Positions 41,579-51,318 of a stretch of DNA of 55,648 bases are shown here, piece after piece. A program made the position numbers and the translations under genes. The DNA comes from Cycloclasticus sp. (GTDB lineage: Bacteria > Pseudomonadota > Gammaproteobacteria > Methylococcales > Cycloclasticaceae). Below the pieces are notes generated by a model. The model did not search any database and had not been told where the DNA came from. It worked only from the letters and a program-made list of their open reading frames with translations. Numbering within the stretch: position 1 is the stretch's first letter; each line of letters starts with the position of its first letter. The stretch spans positions 1 through 55,648 of the forward strand of contig JASJGO010000199.1 of NCBI GenBank assembly GCA_033791505.1, read 5' to 3'.

Positions 41579-43522
41579 ATGAGTCACAATAAAAACAATT
41601 TTCTGCCTGCTTTAAGATTAACAATATTGGTCTTTACCGCTTTTATTTTAGCCAGTTGCGCCAATATTCAGCCTGCTGGAGATAAGTTCGCCGCCCAGTC
41701 TAACCCATTGCTAGATCAAGCCCAAGCGGCATTAGCTCAACAACAGTTCTCTGTTGCCGCGCATTTATTTCTGCAACTGGCTAACAACAGCCGGGCCAGC
41801 CAAAAAGATCAGTATCTCATCTCAGCCTTCGATGCTTATTCAAAAGCAGGCGATACGATACACGCCAACGAATTGATGCATTCCTTGATTCAGCGGGCAG
41901 TAAATTTCACCCCCAACCAACAATTAACACTAGCTCAAACCTTATTGGATCAAGGAAATGCTGAGCGGGCAAATCAACTCCTTGATGGCATTGATAAAAG
42001 CCGCTTAACGGTCGAGCAGCGTATTCATTTACATACTCTAAGTAGTTCTGCTTTTTTTCAGGCGGGCAATTTAATTGAAAGCGCACGCGAAAGAATCCTA
42101 ATGGACCCACTTATTTCCCAGCTCGATGCCAAACTTAATAATCAAAAAAGATTAATTGAAACGCTCTCTTTACTGTCCATACAGGCGCTAAATTTCATGC
42201 GTCCCAGCGCCGACTACCTGATGGCAGGCTGGATTGACCTGGCTACCATCTTAAAGAGCCAAACGGTCTTCGACTCTAACAGCCCGGACATTATCGCCTG
42301 GGAAAGTCAATATCCTTCACATACAACAAATACCGGCGTTCTTAGTGCCATAACAAAGCAGGCTCAGAGGGATTTCATCACCGCTGAAAAAGTCGGCGTT
42401 TTTCTGCCCACCGAGGGACCTTTTGCTAGCGCCGCGCAGAGCATTCGACAAGGAATTATTTCTTCTGCCTACGCGATGGCAAAACGATGGCGGCCTAATA
42501 TTACCCATTACGACACCTCTTCCGCCCCCATCGAAATACTTTACGAACAAGCCATTAAAGACGGCATTAACGTCATAATCGGCCCTCTGGACAAAGCCAA
42601 TACAGCCAAAATAACGGCCATCCCCAACCTTTCTATCCCGGTTATTTCTCTAAATCAAAGCGACACCCAAAACGGCCCGAATTATTTTGAGTTCTCACTG
42701 GCGCCTGAAGAGGAAGTAAGCCAGATATTAAGTCTTGCCTGGTTAAAAGGCTATGAAAAAGCACTTATACTAACGCCTCTATCGAGTTATGGTGAACGTC
42801 TGGCGAGTCACTTTTCAGCTAATTGGCAACAACTCGGTGGAGAGGTACTGGGGGTTCAAACATACGACCCCTTACAGGTTGATTTTTCAACACCCATTAA
42901 AAATTTACTTCAACTAGACGAAAGTACTAATCGGTTTAAAGCGCTTCGCCAAAGGCTGAACTTAAACCTTCACTTTGAAGAAAGACGGCGTCACGACGCA
43001 GACTTTATCTTTTTATTATCTTCACCACGTGAAGGTCGATTAATAAAACCCCAACTACGTTTTCACCGTGCGGCCGATTTAGCGGTCTATAGCACATCAA
43101 GAATTTTTGAAGCCGAAGTGAATACCGTCGCTAACCGTGACTTGGACGACGTTATATTTTGTGATATGCCGTGGCTCATTGAGCCAAATAAAAACCATGC
43201 AAACCAGCTCGACGACGCCATCAAGCTTTGGCCAAAGGCGCATGGTTCGCTTTTACGTCTGGTCGCTTTTGGTTATGACGCCTACCAATTAATTCCTCAC
43301 CTAAAGCGATTACGTTCGAATGACTTTGCGCGCTTAAAAGGCAAAACCGGCATTCTCTCGATCAATAATAACGGGCTTATCAGTCGGCAATTAAGTTGCG
43401 GGCGCTTCAATCGCGGCGTTATACAATCACTTGGACTGGCCCCCCGGCTTAAAAAAATATTGGGTATGCCGCCCGTCACTTCTATTAAGCAACCCATAGA
43501 AGCAAACACCAATCCGCTGTAG
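41579..43522 (+). CDS. lpoA: Penicillin-binding protein activator LpoA/LppC lipoprotein
   Basis: Lipobox LASC, helical N-domain, GW..LA..W...YP.H, IIGPL.K, F.LAPEEE, AFGYDAY, G.TG.L; divergent from rsmI. Confidence 0.88.
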   Translation: MSHNKNNFLPALRLTILVFTAFILASCANIQPAGDKFAAQSNPLLDQAQAALAQQQFSVAAHLFLQLANNSRASQKDQYLISAFDAYSKAGDTIHANELMHSLIQRAVNFTPNQQLTLAQTLLDQGNAERANQLLDGIDKSRLTVEQRIHLHTLSSSAFFQAGNLIESARERILMDPLISQLDAKLNNQKRLIETLSLLSIQALNFMRPSADYLMAGWIDLATILKSQTVFDSNSPDIIAWESQYPSHTTNTGVLSAITKQAQRDFITAEKVGVFLPTEGPFASAAQSIRQGIISSAYAMAKRWRPNITHYDTSSAPIEILYEQAIKDGINVIIGPLDKANTAKITAIPNLSIPVISLNQSDTQNGPNYFEFSLAPEEEVSQILSLAWLKGYEKALILTPLSSYGERLASHFSANWQQLGGEVLGVQTYDPLQVDFSTPIKNLLQLDESTNRFKALRQRLNLNLHFEERRRHDADFIFLLSSPREGRLIKPQLRFHRAADLAVYSTSRIFEAEVNTVANRDLDDVIFCDMPWLIEPNKNHANQLDDAIKLWPKAHGSLLRLVAFGYDAYQLIPHLKRLRSNDFARLKGKTGILSINNNGLISRQLSCGRFNRGVIQSLGLAPRLKKILGMPPVTSIKQPIEANTNPL

Positions 43523-44474
<952 letters not shown>

Positions 44475-44479
44475 AACTC

Positions 44480-45070
44480 ATGAAATTTAAGACCACATTT
44501 ATTTTTTCGGCCTTGTTAATCACCTCGTTATTATCTGGCTGTGCAGCAGTCGCTGTTGGAGGCGCTGCAACTACCGGTGTTGCCGTAGTCCACGACAGAC
44601 GTAGCGCTGGCACCGTTATTGACGACCAAAGCATCGAATTTAAAGCGCTCGGTTTTTTATACGGCGTTGATAAAATACGCATCAATACCCACATTAACGT
44701 AACCAGTTATAACGGTACATTATTACTCACAGGCGAAGCTCCCACCGAGGAGCTACGCCAGGACATCGCCAGCCGCGCCAGCCGTATACCGAATGTTGTG
44801 AAGGTTCATAATGAAATTATCTTAGCCGCACCTAGCTCTGTAGTCTCTCGCAGCAGTGATAGCTATATCACTAGCAAAGCCAAGGTGGCGCTTTTAAATA
44901 TTAGCAATATAAAAGGCTTCGACCCGACACGGGTTAAAGTCGTCACAGAAAACGGCGTGGTGTATTTGCTAGGCTTGTTAAAACAACACGAAGTATCCCC
45001 CGTTACAGAAACGATTAGACGCGTTGGTGGCGTACAACGCGTCGTTAAATTAGTTGAAATTATTGGCTAA
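44480..45070 (+). CDS. dolP: Dual-BON-domain lipoprotein DolP/YraP
   Basis: Lipobox LSGC, DRRSAGTVIDD, LLLTGE, D.YITSK.K, VKVVTENG.VYLLG. Confidence 0.9.
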   Translation: MKFKTTFIFSALLITSLLSGCAAVAVGGAATTGVAVVHDRRSAGTVIDDQSIEFKALGFLYGVDKIRINTHINVTSYNGTLLLTGEAPTEELRQDIASRASRIPNVVKVHNEIILAAPSSVVSRSSDSYITSKAKVALLNISNIKGFDPTRVKVVTENGVVYLLGLLKQHEVSPVTETIRRVGGVQRVVKLVEIIG

Positions 45071-46455
45071 TGCAAAAAGAAAATAGCGATTTTCTTCAAC
45101 AACTACAGATACTCTATAACGAAACATCGCTATTTTTAGACCCAGCCGACCGCTGGAGTTATGGCTACGATAACAGCCGTCGCCACCGGCAACCCATCGC
45201 GGTTGTTTTTCCCAGCACGCACCAACAAATAGCCGGCACGGTTAAGTTATGTAACGAGCATAAAATCGCCATTACGGCTCGCGGCAGCGGCACAGGAACG
45301 ACCGGCGCTAGCGTCCCCCCCATCAATGCGATTGTTTTATCTACCGAACAGATGGATAAAATCATTAAAGTTGACCCAAATAATCGCGTTATGGTGGTTG
45401 AACCGGGGGTAACTAATCAGGCCGTACAACAAGCGGCGGCAGAACACGGTTTTTTTTGGCCACCAGACCCTACCAGTTCGGCCATTTGTACCATTGGCGG
45501 CAACCTGGCATACAATTCAGCCGGTCCCAGAGCCGTTAAATACGGCACGCCACGAGAAAACACCCTGGGCCTAACTTGCGTCACCGGAACTGGGGACACG
45601 CTTAAAACGGGCGCTTACACGACTAAAAGCGTCGTCGGCTATGATTTGACAAGGCTCATTATCGGCTCCGAGGGTACTCTGGCTATCATCACACAAGCCA
45701 CGCTCAAACTGACGCCAGTAGCCGAAACCAAGCGCACGATTCAGGCCACTTACCAATCGGTTGACTCGGCGGCCAAGGCTATTGCAAACATCATGGCGCA
45801 ACCTGTTACACCATGCGCACTAGAATTTATGGATGGCATGGCAATCGCTCTGGTGAAAGAAAAAGCCCAACTTGAGTTGCCCGAAAATGCTCAGGCCTTG
45901 TTGATGATTGAGGTCGACGGAGATCTATATGGTATTGATAAACTGGCGCAGAAAGTGGCACAGAGCGCATCTGTTGACGGGCTTATAGACGTCCATATTG
46001 CTAAAACCGAGCTGCAGGTAAAGCAACTTTGGCAGGCCAGAAAAGCACTATCTCCTTCATTACGGAAAGTCGCGCCGAAGAAAATAAATGAGGACGTAGT
46101 TGTGCCCGTCAGTGAAATACCCGCGCTTATCAACGGGCTTCAAGCGCTCTCCAGGCAATATCAAATACCCATCGTTAATTTTGGTCACGCAGGCAACGGC
46201 AATATTCACGTTAATTTACTCGTTCAAACTGAGCAGCTCGATATCGCTAAAGCCTGTTTGGCTGATGTATTTGAACTGGTGATGAAACTAAATGGTAGCC
46301 TGTCCGGTGAGCACGGTATCGGCCTTGAAAAACGCGATTACATTGGTTTAGAACTGGATTCAACGGCTATAGCTATAATGAAAAAAATAAAGGCCCAATT
46401 CGACCCTGCGAACTTATTGAATCCTGATAAGGTATTCCCTGTTTCTGATGCCTAG
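45070..46455 (+). CDS. FAD-linked oxidase, GlcD / D-2-hydroxyacid dehydrogenase family
   Basis: ARGSGTG..G, PPDPTS, TIGGN, KYG, GYDLTRL.IGSEGTL, EDVVVP, GHAGNGNIH, SGEHGIG, DP..LLNP.K. Confidence 0.88.
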   Translation: MQKENSDFLQQLQILYNETSLFLDPADRWSYGYDNSRRHRQPIAVVFPSTHQQIAGTVKLCNEHKIAITARGSGTGTTGASVPPINAIVLSTEQMDKIIKVDPNNRVMVVEPGVTNQAVQQAAAEHGFFWPPDPTSSAICTIGGNLAYNSAGPRAVKYGTPRENTLGLTCVTGTGDTLKTGAYTTKSVVGYDLTRLIIGSEGTLAIITQATLKLTPVAETKRTIQATYQSVDSAAKAIANIMAQPVTPCALEFMDGMAIALVKEKAQLELPENAQALLMIEVDGDLYGIDKLAQKVAQSASVDGLIDVHIAKTELQVKQLWQARKALSPSLRKVAPKKINEDVVVPVSEIPALINGLQALSRQYQIPIVNFGHAGNGNIHVNLLVQTEQLDIAKACLADVFELVMKLNGSLSGEHGIGLEKRDYIGLELDSTAIAIMKKIKAQFDPANLLNPDKVFPVSDA

Positions 46456-46534
46456 TTAAAAAATCCTTGCCATATTATGACCTGGCCCCTTATGCTCAAT
46501 ACAAATAGTTTAAAGTCATCAATGGAGAGTTTAT

Positions 46535-46981
46535 ATGACGCACTATCAGCATATTCTCGTCGCATTAGACCTTAGTGAGAACACCGCTCAAGTTCTTAGT
46601 AAAGCTAGATTACTGACGCAACAAAACAAAGCCAGACTCTCGGCCGTTCACGTCATTGAACCCATTATGGAGCCAGTTGACTATACGTTTAATGGCTCTG
46701 CCACCGTGGCCTTATTATCCATTCAAGATGAAATGGAAGAGTCGGCTGAAAAAAAACTCAACAAACTAATGGAACCTTTAGGCGTTTTGCCAGCAGACCA
46801 ATATATTGTTTATGGCCGACCCGCCGATCAGGTTCATCAATTGGCAAAAGATAAGAAGTGCGACCTCATTATCATTGGTAGCCACGGCAGGCACGGTTTA
46901 GCCTTACTCCTTGGCTCTACCGCGAATGCTGTTTTGCACGGCGCCAGCTGTGATGTGTTGGCCGTGCGATTTAAAGAATAA
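46535..46981 (+). CDS. Universal stress protein (UspA family)
   Basis: YQHILVALDLS, DLIIIGSHGRHG...LLGSTAN.VLH.A.CDVL. Confidence 0.92.
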   Translation: MTHYQHILVALDLSENTAQVLSKARLLTQQNKARLSAVHVIEPIMEPVDYTFNGSATVALLSIQDEMEESAEKKLNKLMEPLGVLPADQYIVYGRPADQVHQLAKDKKCDLIIIGSHGRHGLALLLGSTANAVLHGASCDVLAVRFKE

Positions 46982-46982
46982 A

Positions 46983-47819
46983 TCAGTCTGCTAAATCAAT
47001 CCGCATAGATAGATCAACCGCCTGGACGTTTTTCGTTAACGCACCAACCGAGATAAAGTCCACGCCCGTTTTAGCGATATCGCGTATGCTCGATAAATCA
47101 ACGTTACCGGAGGCTTCGAGCTTTGCCTGAGCGTTATTTAAGGCTACCGCCTGGCTCAATTGATCCAGATTAAAATTATCTAAAAGCAAAATATCTGCCT
47201 TGGCGTCCAGCGCTTGCTGAACCTCGTTCAGATTTTCCACCTCGACTTCAACGGCTACGTTAGTACTAATAAGACGAGCCGCTTCAACCGCTTTAACAAT
47301 TGATCCGGCGGCCATAATGTGATTTTCTTTAATCAAAATACCGTCATACAAGCCGACCCGATGATTAGACGCACCACCGCATCGTACGGCGTATTTTTGT
47401 GCTAAGCGCAGACCCGGGATCGTTTTACGGGTGTCTAAAACAACCGCCTTAGTACCCTTTACCGCTTTTGCAAATTGATTGGCCAAAGACGCGGTCGCAG
47501 ATAAGGTCTGTAATATATTTAGTGCCGCCCTTTCGCCGGTCAATAAGGCGCGTGCCGAACCCGACACATAACACAACACGTCACCAGAAAATACTTGCTC
47601 GCCTTCTTGTTGCTGCCAATCTATTTTAATATCCGAGTCGAGGCTTTTAAAAATAGCATCGAACCAGGGCTGACCACAGACTAAAGTTGCCTCTCGCGTA
47701 ATGACCGTTGCTTTCGCTTGCTTCTCTGGAGGAATAACAAGGGCGGTTAAATCGCCAGCACCGACATCTTCGGCCAGAAAACGGCTGACCTCGTCTTGTA
47801 TTATTTTTGCATCTAACAT
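46983..47819 (-). CDS. nadC: Quinolinate phosphoribosyltransferase
   Basis: ED...GDLT, ERAALN, DTRKT.PG, HR.GL.D..LIKENH, EVEVE, LLDN, EASG. Confidence 0.97.
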   Translation of the reverse strand: MLDAKIIQDEVSRFLAEDVGAGDLTALVIPPEKQAKATVITREATLVCGQPWFDAIFKSLDSDIKIDWQQQEGEQVFSGDVLCYVSGSARALLTGERAALNILQTLSATASLANQFAKAVKGTKAVVLDTRKTIPGLRLAQKYAVRCGGASNHRVGLYDGILIKENHIMAAGSIVKAVEAARLISTNVAVEVEVENLNEVQQALDAKADILLLDNFNLDQLSQAVALNNAQAKLEASGNVDLSSIRDIAKTGVDFISVGALTKNVQAVDLSMRIDLAD

Positions 47820-47841
47820 AGGATCAGTTTTCTAAATAAGT

Positions 47842-47867
47842 AAAAAGCCTCCGCAAGGAGGCTCTTT
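47842..47867 (-). terminator. Intrinsic terminator hairpin between the DUF1631 gene and nadC
   Basis: AGCCTCC-GCAA-GGAGGCT (47846-47863) followed by a T-run on the minus strand and CTTTATT on the plus strand. Confidence 0.7.
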
Positions 47868-47898
47868 ATTATCACACAATTTGAGCTTTAGAAAAACG

Positions 47899-50190
47899 TC
47901 ATACGGGGTTAGGCTCTGGTTCATTCGGCACCATCATTTTCTTCATACCGAGTAGCACCCTTTCCACCAATGGCGTTTTTTCCTGCCCGACGATGCTCAT
48001 TCTTTTTTGTCGTAACTCTTCGGCCAGTTCAGCGATCGTAATATCCATCGCTTTAGCTCCACGATCATTGACAAATAAACACGTCAACGTAACTGGGCTT
48101 TTCCATGATAACTTAGCTCGCAAAGCCGCCCCGGCCTCATTGTTATATTCAAGCCAATCACCTACTTGTATATTATTCGCCAGTTTACTAAATTTATCTT
48201 TCGGCATTTGTTTCAGTTCGCCCTCGAGTTCTTGCAATAATTCCTCTTCTAAACTCGCCTCGCAGAAGTCTTTATCAAAATCGACTAAAGTAACCCTTTC
48301 GGCTACTGGAATATCATCAACATCAGCTGTTTTCAAGGCCAGTATTTGTCTGTGCCAGGACTCGAGCTCCTTAAAAAATGGTATCGCTTCATGGAAGTCA
48401 TACGATATATTTTCCAGGCCTACTTTAATATCCTTCAATAATCGCCCTAAATCTTCCTTTATAAGGTTCTTCGCGGACTCGTTCTCTGCTGCAATGACAC
48501 TGCTCACTAAGCGTTCAATCACTGAGATGCTTTGCTTTGTTTCTTCCGGCTCTTTCTCTCGTCTAAGCAAGGCCAAAACCAGCACGTCTTTCCAGGCCTC
48601 ATCCAAAAACAAATGAACAAATTCAGGTATTGATTTGCCATTTAACCTGAGTGCAATTTCGTAAGACGCCTGGCGCCTAGTTAACTCCAGCTGTTCAGCC
48701 CCTTGCGTCACTTTTCGTGAACGTTCCTCGATAAGATTTATTTGTTGCTGTTGTTGATCCAGAAAAATTTCGAACTCTTCGACCAATTCGGCAAAAATAT
48801 CAACGTCATCTTCAAATTCCATTAATACTCGCTCAACCAACTCCTCCATTTTTTCGAAAATAGTGCTTTGAATTTGTTTATTTTTTGCACTGACTCCTAA
48901 GCCGGCGTTCGATAGTGCATTCAAAAAGCGTCTAGCCGGGTGGCTTTTTTTCGCGAAAAACTCTTTGTCCATCATCGCTACTTTTAAAATGGGAATTTGC
49001 AACTGGCCAATCATCGCTCTTACGACGTCGGGCAGTTGTCGATCCTGTAAAATCACGTCAAAGAACATCGCAACCACATCGATCAAAATATCATCTTGTT
49101 CTGAATAAGGTTGGCGCTGTCCATCTACTTGAATTTTCGAACCGATTTGCGAACGCACGCTATCTTCTAGGTCCACGCCGTCAATCGTCCCTTGTTTCTG
49201 AATCTCGTCCAAGGTATTAATCAGAGCAGTCGTTGCTAATTGTTCGCCCGCAACAGTCAAGCCATCTGAAACCTTTGTTCTATCCTTAACGCGGTAAGCT
49301 TGAGCCATTTCAACCAAAGAGCTGTATAAAACGGGCTCTATCTTTGTCGCCACCGCATTTGATACCTGATCTACTTGCGGCAGCGTTGTTTTTTCCGCTT
49401 TGGCCGGCTCTGGAGTCATAGCCTTTTTAGCTTCTACTGGCGGATTGACGTCTTTTTTAGCCACCGAAGCGCTTCTTTTGAGCTTTGGTTTTGGCAGCTT
49501 AAGTAATATTCCAGCCTCTATAAACAACTCATTAATTTCTTCAAGTGTATCGCCTATATTTGATAACACCGTCTTGTTAAACGATCCACATAAAATCTTA
49601 TGCGTTATTTTGGAGAACGACTCACCCTTAATTAATTCAACGTACGTTTTCATTAAAACGGATGGACCAAAGGGGTTTCTGCTTGCGGGTAAATCGTTAA
49701 CATTAGCAACAAACTCTATACGGCGTTTCAACGCGTATAAAAGCTCTGTTAAATGACTCTCAGAGGCTGATACATAACCATCAATCAATAATTGGTTTTC
49801 AACCTCATCTGTTTCTAATAACTGAAGACCGGCCCAGCCCTTATCTTCCTTCGAAGAAAAAAAAGTGCTCTCAGCGCTAATATCCGAGTCTGCTGAAAAA
49901 CTCAATAAATTTTTGCTAGCACTATCGATATATAACGACGATAAGTATTTAGATGCTTTCTGCAATTTTTTAATATCGATATGAATGGCGTCCGTATTTT
50001 TAGAATCCACCGTATCGTAAAGCTGCTGCTCTACCTGCTCCAAGTGCAGGGCAAATGCTTTTTGAAGGTGCGTTTTTAACACCTTTGCTGACGATTGAAT
50101 GATTTTTTTCTGCTTCGAAACCTTGTCATTCATTGGCGCATAATTTTCTGTTTGCCTAATGTCTACGATTGCTGCTTTGGAGTTTTCCAT
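47899..50190 (-). CDS. DUF1631 family protein
   Basis: NPFGP, IDVVAMFFD.IL.D..LP..V...I..LQIPILKVA..D..FF....HPARR.LN, and GDWLE....RAKLSW....LFVN.RG.K; nadC/ampD neighbourhood. Confidence 0.8.
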   Translation of the reverse strand: MENSKAAIVDIRQTENYAPMNDKVSKQKKIIQSSAKVLKTHLQKAFALHLEQVEQQLYDTVDSKNTDAIHIDIKKLQKASKYLSSLYIDSASKNLLSFSADSDISAESTFFSSKEDKGWAGLQLLETDEVENQLLIDGYVSASESHLTELLYALKRRIEFVANVNDLPASRNPFGPSVLMKTYVELIKGESFSKITHKILCGSFNKTVLSNIGDTLEEINELFIEAGILLKLPKPKLKRSASVAKKDVNPPVEAKKAMTPEPAKAEKTTLPQVDQVSNAVATKIEPVLYSSLVEMAQAYRVKDRTKVSDGLTVAGEQLATTALINTLDEIQKQGTIDGVDLEDSVRSQIGSKIQVDGQRQPYSEQDDILIDVVAMFFDVILQDRQLPDVVRAMIGQLQIPILKVAMMDKEFFAKKSHPARRFLNALSNAGLGVSAKNKQIQSTIFEKMEELVERVLMEFEDDVDIFAELVEEFEIFLDQQQQQINLIEERSRKVTQGAEQLELTRRQASYEIALRLNGKSIPEFVHLFLDEAWKDVLVLALLRREKEPEETKQSISVIERLVSSVIAAENESAKNLIKEDLGRLLKDIKVGLENISYDFHEAIPFFKELESWHRQILALKTADVDDIPVAERVTLVDFDKDFCEASLEEELLQELEGELKQMPKDKFSKLANNIQVGDWLEYNNEAGAALRAKLSWKSPVTLTCLFVNDRGAKAMDITIAELAEELRQKRMSIVGQEKTPLVERVLLGMKKMMVPNEPEPNPV

Positions 50191-50288
50191 GATCTAAGAA
50201 CCGTTTATGTACACTGATGTTTAGAGTATAGTCAGCGTACTAAAAAAGTTGTGCGCTACGGCACAAATTTAAAACTCCTTTCATTTTT

Positions 50289-50852
50289 ATGAAAAAATTC
50301 CACAATAAGATTCAATCTGGTTTACTCATTGGTGTAACTCAGCTCAATTCACCCAATAAAAATGCTCGCCCAGTAGCCGACGATATTCGGCTTATTATCG
50401 TACACGGCATAAGTCTTCCACCCGACCTATTCGGCGGCGACTGGATAGACGATTTTTTTCTAAATCAATTAGACCCAGAGCAGCACCCTTACTTTAAAGA
50501 AATTTGCGAGTTAGAGGTGTCTTCACATTTACTCATTCGACGTGATGGAAGCGTCACCCAATACGTGCCGTTTGATCAGCGCGCGTGGCACGCGGGGGTT
50601 TCGTACTACGCGGGCGAAGAAAACTGCAACGATTTTTCCATTGGTATTGAGCTGGAGGGCGCCGATCATATCCCCTATACCGAAGAACAATACGCAGAAT
50701 TAGCGCGTTGTTGCAAAGCGCTGATGGGTGCTTACCCCAGGCTGTCTAAAGACACCATCGTTGGACATTGTGATATAGCGCCTGGGCGAAAAACTGACCC
50801 CGGAGAAAGCTTCGACTGGGAGAAGTTTAAAGGCTTACTCGTCGCTAGTTGA
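50289..50852 (+). CDS. ampD: 1,6-anhydro-N-acetylmuramyl-L-alanine amidase
   Basis: SPN.NARP, VHGISLPP, VSSHLLIRRDG..QYV, RAWHAG, NDFSIGIELEG, GH.DIAPGRKTDPG. Confidence 0.95.
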   Translation: MKKFHNKIQSGLLIGVTQLNSPNKNARPVADDIRLIIVHGISLPPDLFGGDWIDDFFLNQLDPEQHPYFKEICELEVSSHLLIRRDGSVTQYVPFDQRAWHAGVSYYAGEENCNDFSIGIELEGADHIPYTEEQYAELARCCKALMGAYPRLSKDTIVGHCDIAPGRKTDPGESFDWEKFKGLLVAS

Positions 50853-51314
50853 GTTTTTGCTGAAAAAGGCATCAATCAGCATCATCACGATACCAACGGA
50901 AATAGCAGAATCAGCCACATTAAACACCGGCCAATGCCAGGTTTTATAATACACGTCTATGAAATCGATGACGTAGCCATACGATATTCGGTCATACAAA
51001 TTCCCTATCGCACCGCCTAAAATCAATGACAAAGTAACCGCCATCCATCGCTCAGAACGCTTTAAACGACTCAACCAAATCATTAAAATCGTGGTCGCGA
51101 TCAACGCAATAGCAATAAAAAACCAACGTTGCCAACCACCGGCAGAACTCAAAAAACTAAACGCCGCGCCGGTGTTATGCACGTAAGTTAAGTTAACTGA
51201 CGGCAGCAAAGCCACCGATTCATATAAATCAAAATGTTTCACCACCCACAACTTACTGATCTGGTCGAGCACAATCACCAGCGCAGACAACCACAACCAC
51301 CTAAACATAGGCAT
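50835..51314 (-). CDS. lspA: Lipoprotein signal peptidase II
   Basis: LDQ.SK, NTGAAFS, GGAIGNLYDR, VIDFI, WPVFNVADS; start placed at ATG 51314 (51308 possible). Confidence 0.96.
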   Translation of the reverse strand: MPMFRWLWLSALVIVLDQISKLWVVKHFDLYESVALLPSVNLTYVHNTGAAFSFLSSAGGWQRWFFIAIALIATTILMIWLSRLKRSERWMAVTLSLILGGAIGNLYDRISYGYVIDFIDVYYKTWHWPVFNVADSAISVGIVMMLIDAFFSKNSTSDE

Positions 51315-51318
51315 CGCT

